The notes beneath the pieces are model-generated. The model was not told the origin of the DNA. It did no database searches and saw nothing but the letters and a program-made list of their open reading frames with translations. Positions 1-12,400 of a DNA stretch of 64,000 nt are shown here, in pieces. Each line of letters opens with the position of its first letter. Within the stretch, counting starts at the first letter, position 1. Where the stretch lies: NCBI GenBank assembly GCA_965285935.1, contig OZ260664.1, forward strand, positions 64,356,001 through 64,420,000. Reading direction: 5' to 3'. A program made the translations under genes and the position numbers. This DNA is from Ophelia neglecta (Eukaryota).

Positions 1-194
1 TAAATGAAAATATACATTTTGTATCTACATTACCCAAGCCTAAATTTGACTTTTACAATTTGGTCAAAGGAGATTATATAATGACAGTAAGACAATGTGT
101 CTACATTATGCACTGATTTAATCAGATATGGTTTTCCTGGTATTCTCGTGACATAAATGGGACTATGCAAGCCTACAGACTTGAGGGGGATCTT

Positions 195-439
195 TCACAC
201 ACCATGCTGGCCCTGGGGTTTTGACTTGGCATTAGGCCGCTGCCTGCGGTCGCTTTCCTCTCCACCCGTGCTGTGTCCATTGCTCCTGTAGCCACGATTA
301 GCCTGCTCTTGTAACTGACGTTTTCTCTCTGACTTGGGATATGGATTGCGTGGGGCTAGAACTGCACTGTAGTTACTGTCTGTGCTGTACGGACTGGTGG
401 GACGCTTGGCTCGTTGGCGGTGCTTGGCTGCCTTCTTCA
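195..439 (-). CDS. robo: Robo last visible exon (VKKAAKHR...RPTSPYSTDSNYS...); ends at TGA 195-197 or splices at G|gtgtgt after 203
   Basis: tgtgattgcag|TG AAG AAG; phase 1, GC-rich, stop-free to 195. Confidence 0.82.
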
Positions 440-3400
440 CTGCAATCACACAAAACAATCTAACTTATAATTTATAATATAAATGTCATTAAAGCTGTGG
501 CCAGGATCATGTGTAATGTTTTTAACTGTAATAATTTCAAGCTAACTCAACTGTGTACAGTAAGAAAACTGTTTAAAAAAGGTTTTCTGGCCTTCACACT
601 ATGTATATGATATGGGGACTACCAGTACATTTATATTTCTATCATATTCTAACAATGGTATAGAGAGACATTGCTGTTTATATTTTCTAAGTCTACAATA
701 TTTATTGAACACTGGCAGGTACATGTAGATTGTAAACATGAGCATACATTTCACACAGTCAGGTATGTTCATGTATGTTCACAATCATATCCATTCATAT
801 TTTTCAACTTTAAAGCTTATCATTTCTTTCACTCACACATGGAAAATTAGTAAATATGAACCAACTAAAAATGTATTAGGACTTTTAATTCAATGTGAGT
901 GAAATGTGCTAAAAAAATCCCTGAAAAACTTAGACACTTTGAATTTAGAAAAGCTCTTGGGCTAGCAATTGTGGTTAAAATATTTAACAGTGGTAGCAGA
1001 AAAAGAAATTGAAAGATAATATTAAGGTTCATTCAAATTAAAATATCATGCTACTGTGATTAATATGCATGCAGATAATAAAAGTATCAAATGTTCTGCT
1101 TTGCTGTGAAAAAGAAATGTATTAGAAAATGACAAAAAAACAGGCATGTTATACTAGAGGTATGGGATACACCACACATCTAGAAAATACTACATAGCTA
1201 CTCCTTTTATAGTATTTTCATTTTAAGCTTGGGTTAAGTCAATGGTTTAGTAAGATATAAAGATGGGAATTTATTCACAGTTCATTTCCTTGTGTTTTTG
1301 TAGAAATGAGCAGTGAAGATATGAGATCTATCTCAAAAGCAACTACAAATATAAATTGATGTCTAGGAGAGCTATGTAGTAAGTAGAGTAGACTATATGT
1401 ACCCAGATTGGGGTTTTGGCCCATGCCATATCCCATGGAACCGGGATGGCCCACTGGAAAGTACAAAAAACATATACAAGTCACCGTACATAACCCAAAC
1501 ATTTGTCGTTAGGGCACTTATGACATATGACAACATCCACAAAGCTTGGTCACTTCCAGTGTTACAGTACAGATGTAAATGTACTTCCACAGACTCAGTG
1601 GGATCTAGAACCTTCACTCATGTTTCAGAATGCTGATTTGAGACATTTCCTACATCTCGGGGTAATGTATTTTGGTATGTAGGAATCATGACAAGTCTGC
1701 ATATAGACATGTCTGTTAATCATCTGGACTTCACTGTATGGCATGCAATGAGTTTTACATGTATATTGCAATTTTGGAGTATAAAAAGGTAAAAAAAAAT
1801 GATGTTTATTAACCTTTTTCCCTGGGTTGTCCAGCATTTGGGTCTGACACTGTTGAACCCACTACTGTCAGCCCCGAGAGTTCAGCAGCCTTGGCTACTG
1901 CACTGGCAAAGTCCGCTTCGGCGAAAAATGAGCCATCACTGCTGCTGGCAGATCTGCTGTGAACACTACTACAGTCACTGTTGTCATCAGCGCTGGCCCA
2001 TGAAGCTGGAGAGTGGTATAGATACAAGTAGATTAATACACTGTAACGGTAAGTCATGTTCATCAAGCTTAATTATCGGGTAGGTAGCTTTTCATATTCA
2101 TAAAGGAAGATGACCACCACTTTGACATAGTAATGAGACAAATAAAATTTCAATTTTTTTCAGTTTAACTGATATTATAAAGCCATTTAGAGTGTACAGT
2201 GCTGTCATGTTACCTGCGACAGTGTCGACATCTCCGACACTGGAGGTGGGAGAGTGACAGTCCCGTCGGGGGTGTCCCTCCAGGTCCGAGTCCGGCTCGT
2301 AGTCTCTCATCAGGTGGTCTAGCTCTGACACAGGGGACTCCCCACGCCCCCTGGGATGATAGTCATCATGGTGGTGGTAGTCACCTGGGTGGTGAAGACC
2401 GGAGTGGTCCATTCTGGAAACCAATGTCAGTAGGGGTGAGTAGGGCGGCCACAACACAGTTAATAGAACAGAACTCAACAGCCAAACACACAAACCAAAG
2501 TATAGCAGGGTAAAACAGGCAGCCAGTAAGCTACATGTAGCTCTATATACATGTAAATAAAGACTGGCCTTTAATAGCAATAATATCATTACTGACTGAA
2601 TACTTAGCAATTTGACTTTTATAGCTCTACATAAAGCAGTGCATTGCAAATATGGTGTAACATCAACTGTTAGTGAGGGAAAGACATTTAGGTCTGACCC
2701 GATGATGGCCTGAATATCCATGTATATTTTTAATTCCTTTGTAACTGTGGGGCTGTGCTGAAGGCTGGCAGTACTTGACAGTAGCTGGAAGCCTCCGGCA
2801 GCTGTGTCAGAGAGGAGCCCAGAGTGCTTACCTATTAATTGGTTCCCCCACCAGACTTGGTAGAGAGGACTGAATGCCACGGTCCATCATTGGGTCTTCA
2901 GGGGCAGGGGAAGGAGGGGAGTGGGGGTTGTTCATCCTGAGAGGAGGCACTGGGGCCCCCTCTGTGTCACTGTAATGCCTGTACACCTCCCCGTCCCTTA
3001 TGGGTACCAGTTTATAGGCACGAACAGGAGGCGTAGGACCTCTCTCAGGCTCACTCATGGCCCTTGGTGAGTAAGCTCGCATATCATGCTGGGTACGCGG
3101 GGACATGGTGCGAAACTTGGGAGAGGGTGCTCGTTCCTGGTAGGGGCGATTTTCACTGTTGTAGCCCCGAGGCCCCCCCACCCGTGGGTCTGGAGGGTAA
3201 TCCACGTAGTGGTCCCCTGGGTAGACCTCGTGTCCACGTGGGGGGTATTGGGGGAGACGTTGGTAGTGACCCCCTCGGTCAGAGTACCTGGTAGGGGAGC
3301 CCACCCTGCCAGGGGTTGGGGAGTCAGGCGGAGTGCCTATATCACTGGGAGGGGGGTGCTCTGGTGGCGGTGGCAGGAACAACACTGGCTGCTTCCCCAT

Positions 3401-6400
3401 CCCCATGTTCAGGCATTCCTCATCTGAAATCAAATACAATATTTATTTAGGAACCTATTGTTTTGTCTGAGTTCTAGGAAAATGTGAAACATCTTATTCA
3501 ACTCAGTTTGCTGTCAGGATCAGAGATACTCTGTATTTGTACTCTGTACTTGATACATTCTATAACCAAAAGTTATATATTTATTCAAAATAAGAAAATG
3601 GAAAGGAAGCTTGTACTATACAAAGCCAGAGATAAATCTTTTTATAATAAATGAAAGTCATTAATTTATTGTCCACAGTTCATTATAGGGTGTTATAATA
3701 TCAGTGGGGAAAAAAAGGTATAAACTGTTTGATGTATTTGATACATAAAAAGGACTTCTGAAGACATTTTATCAGTAAAGATAACATTAACTACCAGAAA
3801 TCACATTATTCATTGGGCATGCTTAGTCTGAATGAGAAGCAGTGTACAAAGCAAAGAGTGTGCTAGTAGTATCTATCAAGAGGAGCTCTCTACACATGTA
3901 GATAAGAGTCGGAGGGACACACCTTGTGGCCGGCAATGGTCCGACATTGGACTGCCCTGCTCACATTGCTGGCAGCACTCCCCACCTTTATCTAAAACAC
4001 GAGAACAAGCTCGCACCAATATTCTCGTAAATACTAAAAAACTACTCAACTACACTACCATTAAAAATTGTTAACCCATCCAAGTTTAAGCCCAAATAAG
4101 AAACAAGATATAAAATTATATTGTAAAATTAACCAAACTGTCATGCTAAAATGCCTTAAGTATTGCATTAATTTATTTCACAGGTACAACAATGGTAGGA
4201 CTTGACTGGGTTACCAAGTTTACTAGTATCATTGTCTTTTCCAAATCACACGTAATTGCATCAGCAGTCTTGATTCCACAAGTTGATAAAGTTTACTTTA
4301 CACACAACATGTACATCGAAGTTATGCAGTAGCTAGGGCCAAGTAAATTACACGTACAAATTTAACCATCAACAGTTTATTATATTGTTTAAAAATCAAT
4401 GTAATTGTATACATATCCACACATATCAATTCGTTCACTGCTAAATTTATTATTGCAAGTATGTCCCTCTATTTGGGATGGAATGATCTGTATTTAGTAG
4501 CGGTTCTGTTAAAGGGCCTCACCGGTTATATTCCTGCTATTGTCCGAGTTGGACTCTGAGCTGATCTCCGGCTTGAGGCAGCTGTCACTGGAGTGGCTGC
4601 CGGCCTGGTGCATGTAGTTCTCCGGCTGTATGGGTCTGAAGGCGCTCTCGGGCAGCGGTGAGCTGTGCTGCTGGTTGATCAGGTTGTTGCTGGTGACCAG
4701 GGTGGTGGTGGCGTACGGCGTACAGTTGTTGGGGTTGTTTTTGTTGTAGAAGGTTTTCATGGGTGGCTGTTGCACGTTGGGGGTGTTGTACAAGTTCTCC
4801 TTCAAGGCATCCTCCTTCGATCGCTGGTCCATCACATTGGTCACATCTGGTTGGCGATCAACTGGATGTCAGTAACAGCAACACATTCAACAAGCCATTT
4901 CATGCATTACAATTTAAGATAAGTTTTTCACTGTATCACTTTAAATGAGCAAATAGGAAGATGAGGAAAATGCAAAAAATAACTCAGCTGAAATTAAAGC
5001 AGTACTTCAGTAAATTCGATCAAGATTTATATTTTCCATATACTCATAAAGTATTAATCGAGGGTGTAGCCTGCACACTCTTACAGTCATATTTATTATA
5101 GGGTTGCCATATTTGTCCCTGTGGAGGATCATTCTCATTATGGGAACCATCGTCTTGACAACATGTGGGAACACACGTCTGCTTGCCCTGGTTACCATGT
5201 GAGGGACCAGTGTCAGCATTCCTTGGGAAAAGTAATGAAATATAACCTGAGAAACATGCTACTCACCATGATTTGCAATGTCTTTCTGCAAGTAGTTAGG
5301 AGCGTTGAGGGTGTTGAATAAGCCACCAAGCCTGTCGTAAAAGAACAAAGCATGAATGCAAAGCCACTGCCCAAACCAAAGCAGCTAGCTATCACACAAA
5401 AAGAAAACAGGATGAATATGGTTAGGATGAACTGGAGAAGAGGTCATTGTGATATCTAAATGATATTGATGATGATAGTGATGATGATATTGATGATGAT
5501 ATTGATGATGATAGTGATGATGGTGGTGAAGAGGGTGAGGATGAGTGAGTTATATAATGTTGTTAGAATATGTATAAAATGCTGGTATGTGTAAATAGGA
5601 TTAGAGCAGGTGGATATATGGACAATTATATACTACTGCCTCAAGGAAGATATCTGTGAAGAAGGATACTACAACCATTAACAGCAGTAGAATATTAGTA
5701 ATCTAGCTTGGTTTTAATATGATTTAAAGACATATAAAGCCAGTAGGATGCATAAGATATGTTTACGGTGAGCCGTTCTATGCCAAATGCATGAGCCAAT
5801 TGCCCTTATTAACCCAGGCTTATAGTCCGGTTATCAGGAATAAGTATCAAACTTCACTTATTATTATATACTTAATTAAGCTTGTTTTACAAGTATGATA
5901 ACTATTAAGTCAGCAGTGTCTTTACAACAACATTTGGATTGAGGCAGGACACAGAAGTTAAAATTCATCTTTCACTAAGTTCCATCAAAGTTCATATGAA
6001 TACATTGGACCATTGCTCCAAAATGTTGACACATTGAAAAACCAAATGAACTAATCTAAATTAAAGGTACCTGGTTGTATCCTCTGATTTATGTACAGGC
6101 ACTGCAAAAAAGAAAGGAAAAGACTAAAATCATTTCCATCATAACAACTGAGGGGGGAAACATCCTGGATTCCAATTTCAGATTGTTTTTGTGCACAGTG
6201 TACAGTAAAGTAACAGTGTTACACACCAGTCATGACTCCGTTTTTGTGAAGTTTCTTTCTGGCTTTCCTTTTTCTGTACAGCCATATACTGAAGAAACAG
6301 AGTGCGATCCAGAGGGTGCCACCGATGGTGCCAATCAGGGTGGCAATGAACCAGGGCTCCTTGAATATCCCTTCCTTCTTAGAGGCAGAATTGTCACCTA

Positions 6401-9400
6401 CAAAAAAGTGTTTGAAATCAACAGAGATGCTTACATACATTAACAAGATAAATATAAGAAAAATAATATACAAAAAAAAAATAACTATCTAATTCCTGAT
6501 CAAGATATTAAGAAATATCTGTCAACTCCACAGAATATGGCAGGCATAATCTAATGCCATTTAATTTTTTTCTTTCAAATATGCAATTAATTATCGAAGA
6601 TAACATAACTTTTTGTTGACTTACCAACTCTATGTTTTTCACTTTTAACGCCATCTCCCATTCTGTTGTAGGCTAGTATTTGAGCATTGTACTGCATGCC
6701 TCTCACCAGATGGTCAACCACAAATGAGGTAGTGCTACTGTTCACCTTAATCTCACGATTAAATTTGCTCTCATTGGCAAAAAGGAAAATCTGAAAGAAC
6801 ACCATACAAATTTAATAATGTTTCATAAGAATTTTTTAAATTGATTTCAATAACTTTTAATTAATATCTGTGAAGCATGCAGAAAAATTCACACTTCCTA
6901 ATTTGTAGTAGTGAAGCTGTGGTACCTTGTATCCTTTCAACGGCCCATTGGTCCTCTCCTTCGGTGGAGGGTCCCAGAACAGACGTACTGTACTGTTGTT
7001 TATCATAGTTGATTTGATGTTCTGAGGTGCGGCTGATGGCACTGGGAAATGAATAAAACAATTAACACACATTTCACCAATCTTCAATAAAACTAATGCT
7101 AAGATCAATGGAGGCAGATTAGATTGTCGAAGGGATATTAGATGACTGCTTGAGAAGTTCTTGGAGATCGTAAAGCTAAAGTTTTAATCTGACAACCACA
7201 AGTTGGGCTCACCATCCTCAAATGTCCTGACTCTGACGGTGTTGCTCTCCTGGCCCTCGACCGTCAGGTAGAACGGCTGGATCCGGACCTCATACCAGGT
7301 GTATTTCTTCAGGTTTCGTAGCACGTAGTCCTCGGAGGTGGCATGCGAGACGGTCTCTATAGTGAACTCTACATGATAATGGTGTCCATGGGTCAGGTGC
7401 TCTTCAAGATCTGGCATCACTCGGTACTTGATGTGAAAACCTTCTATAAAACGCTGAGACTTGCGAACCTGCAGTGAGTAGAGTAAATAGCAAATAAGAA
7501 TCAAAGCTAATTAGAATAATACAGGGAAAAAAATGACTGGAACATCTCAGAAAGTGGAAACATGATATGAAAATTTATACAAGTTGAGAGATGAAGAAGA
7601 ACATTTTTTTAGTTTCTTGGATTACTCCCATAATGTACTTATTCTATGATAAATACCAGAATCAAAATAGCTTAATTGCTGGGTGTGGACATTTCATCAA
7701 TTAAATGCTCATACTTACATCCCAGTTGAGTTTGACAGCAGTGGATGATATGACCTCAGGAGATTTCATGTGAATCACTTGACCACTGAGTTTCTCAGAG
7801 ACCAGCGCGATGTCGAGCTGGGGCACTGTTGGTTTGACACTGTGTATGCCTCCTCCACCCTTGGTTCTGATAGGCGCTGTCACCTGACTAGGCAGGCTCA
7901 GCCCGTGGGAGTTCTGTGCTCGCACCAGGAACATATAGGCTGTGTCCGGGCGTAGGGTCTGCACAGTAAATGACTGCTCCGTGATACTGTCCGATGCCAC
8001 CACCCAGCCCTAGCCAAAACAAAAAAATATTAAAAGTCAATATATAAACATAACATAGAACAACAACAACATCAAAATAGTTTTTCTTAGGCTAGTAATA
8101 TGTTTTTCATGATAAATTGTTGATGTAATTTTCATAAATAATAAGGTGATCATTTTCTAATTTTATGGTTAACAAGAATTTTCAAATGAAGAAATTGGCA
8201 TTGTTTAGTGGTTTAAAGGAAATCAATAAAACTGTCAAAACAGCAATGCACAGCAAAGTGTACCTCTCAGAGAAGTGAGAACTGTCCTTAAAAACAGTTT
8301 TCTTCATCAAGTTGATGTGCAAATCAAAGTGTAAAAAGAAGGCAGTGACTAAGCTTAAAGTGGACATGTCTCCTTACCTCTCCTGTCTCATGACTAAAGT
8401 ATTCAACTGTGTAAGCGAAGACCGGTGAGGCGCCATGATTGGCATTGGCTTTCCACATCAGCCTCATACTGGTCTCTGTGGTGTCTGAGATGGATGGCTT
8501 AGAGGGAGGGCCGGGGAAGGTGGATGGTTCAGGGGTACGATGGAATATCACAGCCGGGTTGGTGGGAGCTAAAATCAAAGGCAAATATACATTGAAAATG
8601 AATTATTATCTCAAATTAAGCACTATAATAAGTTATTACTCACTTGTAGTCACAAAAATGTCATTTTTACTGTTTTTCTGTCTTAATGTAAGTCAGTGCA
8701 ATTTGTTCCCAGATAGTTTTAATTACATTGTAGTAGATTGCACTTACCTTCCACAATGAGAGCCGCACTCCATGCAGTCTCTCCAGTCTCACTCAGTGCC
8801 TTACATGTGTACATTCCAGTGTCTGTCCGCCTCAGGTCGGAGATCTGTAGGGTCCCGGAATCTAGCAGGGCAAACCTTGGGTCTCTCAGGGCAAGAATAC
8901 GCATATTCTTCAGCCAGCGTATAGTGGGAGGAGGGTCCCCACTGGCTGAACACTGTAGCATGGCTACACTGTTGACAGGTAGGGTCTGGTTCTGGGGACC
9001 TTGGTGAATGATAGGTGGCGGGCGTGGATCCACATCTAACACACAAATTAACATAATTGGTTAGCAAATTGCATATGTGGTTTATTGGTTTTCCAAATAA
9101 GTTATTTGTATATAAGTAGCATATCTGTAAAATTAATTCTTCCATGTTTGAGAATCACAGATGTTCCCTTACCCTTTACTTCAAGCCTGGCCTTGGCGTA
9201 GGAGCTGCCAGCCACACTGAGTGCCTGACATATATACTGGCCGTCATCTTCCTTCCTAACAGGCTCAATCACCAGGGTACCATCATCTGTCACAGAGAAT
9301 CGACCATGGTCCTGACGTGGAAACATCAGGATCTACAAAAAAAACCCACAAATATCACATGGTGAAAATTTAATGCAAGACAAATATATTAATCTTACAG

Positions 9401-12400
9401 GGTACAAAACATTCTGCAAAACTACTGCAGTGTTTGCAGCTTAGCAAGGCATTAATGTGAATTGTGCATGTCAAGAAAGAAAAAAACATTTGGTTTTTGA
9501 GAATGTAACAGTCATGTATAAAGAAACCTCATTTGAATACTGTCTAAGGTTACAAGTACAGCAGAGACAGTGTATATAATAATACCTGATTATTTACCTC
9601 ACTGGTTTCCTTGTTCCAGAAGACAGCTGGAGGGGGGTTACCAGTCACCTCACACCTAAACGACACCCTCCTCCCCACCCCAACCACCTTGTCTATGGGC
9701 GTAACAATGAACTTAGGCTGAGCTGAAAAACATCAATCAAGATAACATAAAGCACACATTAGTTACTTCATAAAATAGACATTTATTTATCATAATAGAT
9801 GAGCTTCTCCTGTACATTTCAAGGTCTCTGAATGACTTGGCAATGAATTATTATTGTAAAAAGCGCTTGGCAGCTGCAGACGGGCACTTCATAATTCACT
9901 CTTATCATTCTTTCCTTGAGATTAAAAGCCTGACTGTAAAACACTTTAAGATCAGTTCAGTATTCTCGCAGTCTCTCCTCTCTACGTTACTTACATCTAC
10001 AGTTTAAAGTTAAGTTTTAGCTTTTTCATGTGTTGCTTTAAGAAATTTTTTGACAAATAGTGGCAAGGCGGAATGGCAAAGAAATTAAGAATCAAATGGA
10101 ATAAATTTACACAAGGAGAAAAACTCATGGTGCAGGAACTTGACAAAATGGTAGTAAGAAGTGTTTTAAACCTCAACAAAGAAAGGGACCAGTAAAAGTA
10201 AACATTCTGAGATCATTTACCTGAGCAGGAGAAAAAATAAAATTTTCAAATTCCTATTTTAATTTTGTTCTCATTTCCAATAAAATTGCCCAGGGCAGTC
10301 TTGTTAATGAACATATTAAAAATGATGGCTTAGACTCTTTGTATTTACTTACAATTGACCGTGAGTGTGGCGGAGGCTTCCACATATCCCACGGAGTTTT
10401 CTGCTCGGCAGATATACGTTCCTTGATCATTCTCCTTTACCTTGGTGATCTGCAGACTTTTGTCTTCAAGTATATTAGACCTAAAACACAGCCTTCAGGT
10501 TAGCTACAATTATACTACAAACTTTTACAAGATATCGGAAAAAAGGTTTATCCCCTAATTAACAGGACACTAAATGGAGTTATTATGTTAAAGAGAAGCT
10601 GCATGTACGACCTCATAGCCATGGATTTATGTCAGCTTAGTACATGGTTCCTACTGTTAATCAGTAATCAATTTCTAAAATCCTCAATATTGCCATAGAC
10701 TTTGAATTTTTTAAAGTATGTTTACATCAAGCAACAGATACTCTTAGCCCATGCACTTACCGGCCTTGAGGTATCTGCCCCTCCTCTTTCTTCCAGATGA
10801 TGGTAGGTTCCGGATCGCCATTAGACTGGCACTCAAACCGGACATCCTGCTCCTCCTCCACTAGCTGGTCTGATGGTGATTTAGAAAACTTTGGCTTCTC
10901 TGGAAATAATAAAAGATAATGTGTCTCACAACATAAAAATCCCTGTCACCATTCTTTCAGATTCGACTTTAACATTACATACAAACTTCTACATGCTGTC
11001 TGAAGTCTCAAATGAGGCCTTAGTAATCTAGCCATTAACCTGTATATTTGACTCACCTCTGACAAGGAGCTTGGCCGGTATGCTCTCCTTCTCACCAGCC
11101 ACATTTTGTGCTATACACACATATACGCCAGAGTCCTCCTTCCTGGCATTCTGTATCATCAAACTGCCAGCCTCCTGTATTATTAAGCGTCCTTCGGCCC
11201 GTACCACCTCTCCGCCTTTCTTCCATTTAACCCTGGGCTCGGGCAGCCCACGGGGCGGGTTACACTCCAGGACTGCTGTGTCCCCCACTGCGACCTCTGT
11301 GTTGCGAGGTTGAGAGCGGAAGTCATCACGCAAAACTGGAATGGGAAGGCAATGTCCTGTGTAAACACATCTACATGGCAAGACAACTGTGATTAGATAG
11401 ATACTGCAAAAATATAATGTAAACCTATACCAGTAGTTGTAATTGTACTGTAACCAAACAATGTTCAAGGGCAGGAATTTTTTGGGATTTTCACTAAATT
11501 TGTAAACTTTTCCTTGCAGACACAAAACTTGGAAGGTTGACCACACGAGTTATTTTAGTACAGTAGTACTGATCTGTGAAATTTAATGTGCCAAATAAGG
11601 CCGAATTCCAAAATCTGGCTTTTCCTGTCACTAACATCTTGCGATTTACATTAATAGTTTGCAGAGACAACTCTTATGTCAGGTCTATGTAAAGTGTATA
11701 TCAAAGGCACATATATCAACCATGTAATCTAATTACATAGAAATATACTACTGACAGATGAGCCAGTAAAATGTAAGATCCAGCTGATGCTATAGTAGTA
11801 GCTCTGTGAAGTTCTAAGCCTCCAAGCCGACTGATACTGGAGGTTCTCTGAATGCCAATAAAGCCATTCGTCCTACTTAAATGATGGATGAGCTGAGGAA
11901 AACGCACACATTTCCTAAGTATCGTCAACTGTATAGTGCTCAGGATTTCTGCCTTCAGCTATCATGAAAACCCGATAGAGGAGACATAAAACTTTGTGTT
12001 CAAGCACATACCCTGCCTCGGATGCACCTGCAGAGATTATGTGAGGCTGATTCACAGTTTTTATATTGGGATGATAATCCGGTGGCTCATTCATAGCATT
12101 GTTTGGGAATTACAAAAACCCTACGGGGAATAATGGCGCTTCAGATTACCGCAATTATGAATGTGATAAGGCGGGATTCTATGATTCCTGCATCGACAAA
12201 TCATTAATCTGCAAGCTATTTCCACACCAAAGAAAAGCCATTTGTTGTATCATCAAGAAATACACCTGGGGATTCTGAACAGGACTGCTAATTAGATGTC
12301 TTTTTGAAATAATTAATTTTAGCAATATGACTTCATAGCAAGGACAAGATAAAAAGTGTCTGCCACATTGCCAAAGCACATATTTGTAAATAAAAATTGT

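Noticed and set aside
5007-5219. ORF-track 70-aa peptide MLTLVPH... as the product of exon A+B joining
   Set aside because: Needs a 45-nt intron and frameshifts downstream; the other frame fits the splice phases.
5222-5246. Alternative acceptor tttctcag|GT at 5246
   Set aside because: Only 20 nt from exon A's donor, and it stops immediately in phase 2; usable only if the microexon is skipped, which is unsupported.
5767-5804. Possible additional phase 2-1 exon (AIGSCIWHRTAH)
   Set aside because: No polypyrimidine tract and a weak donor.
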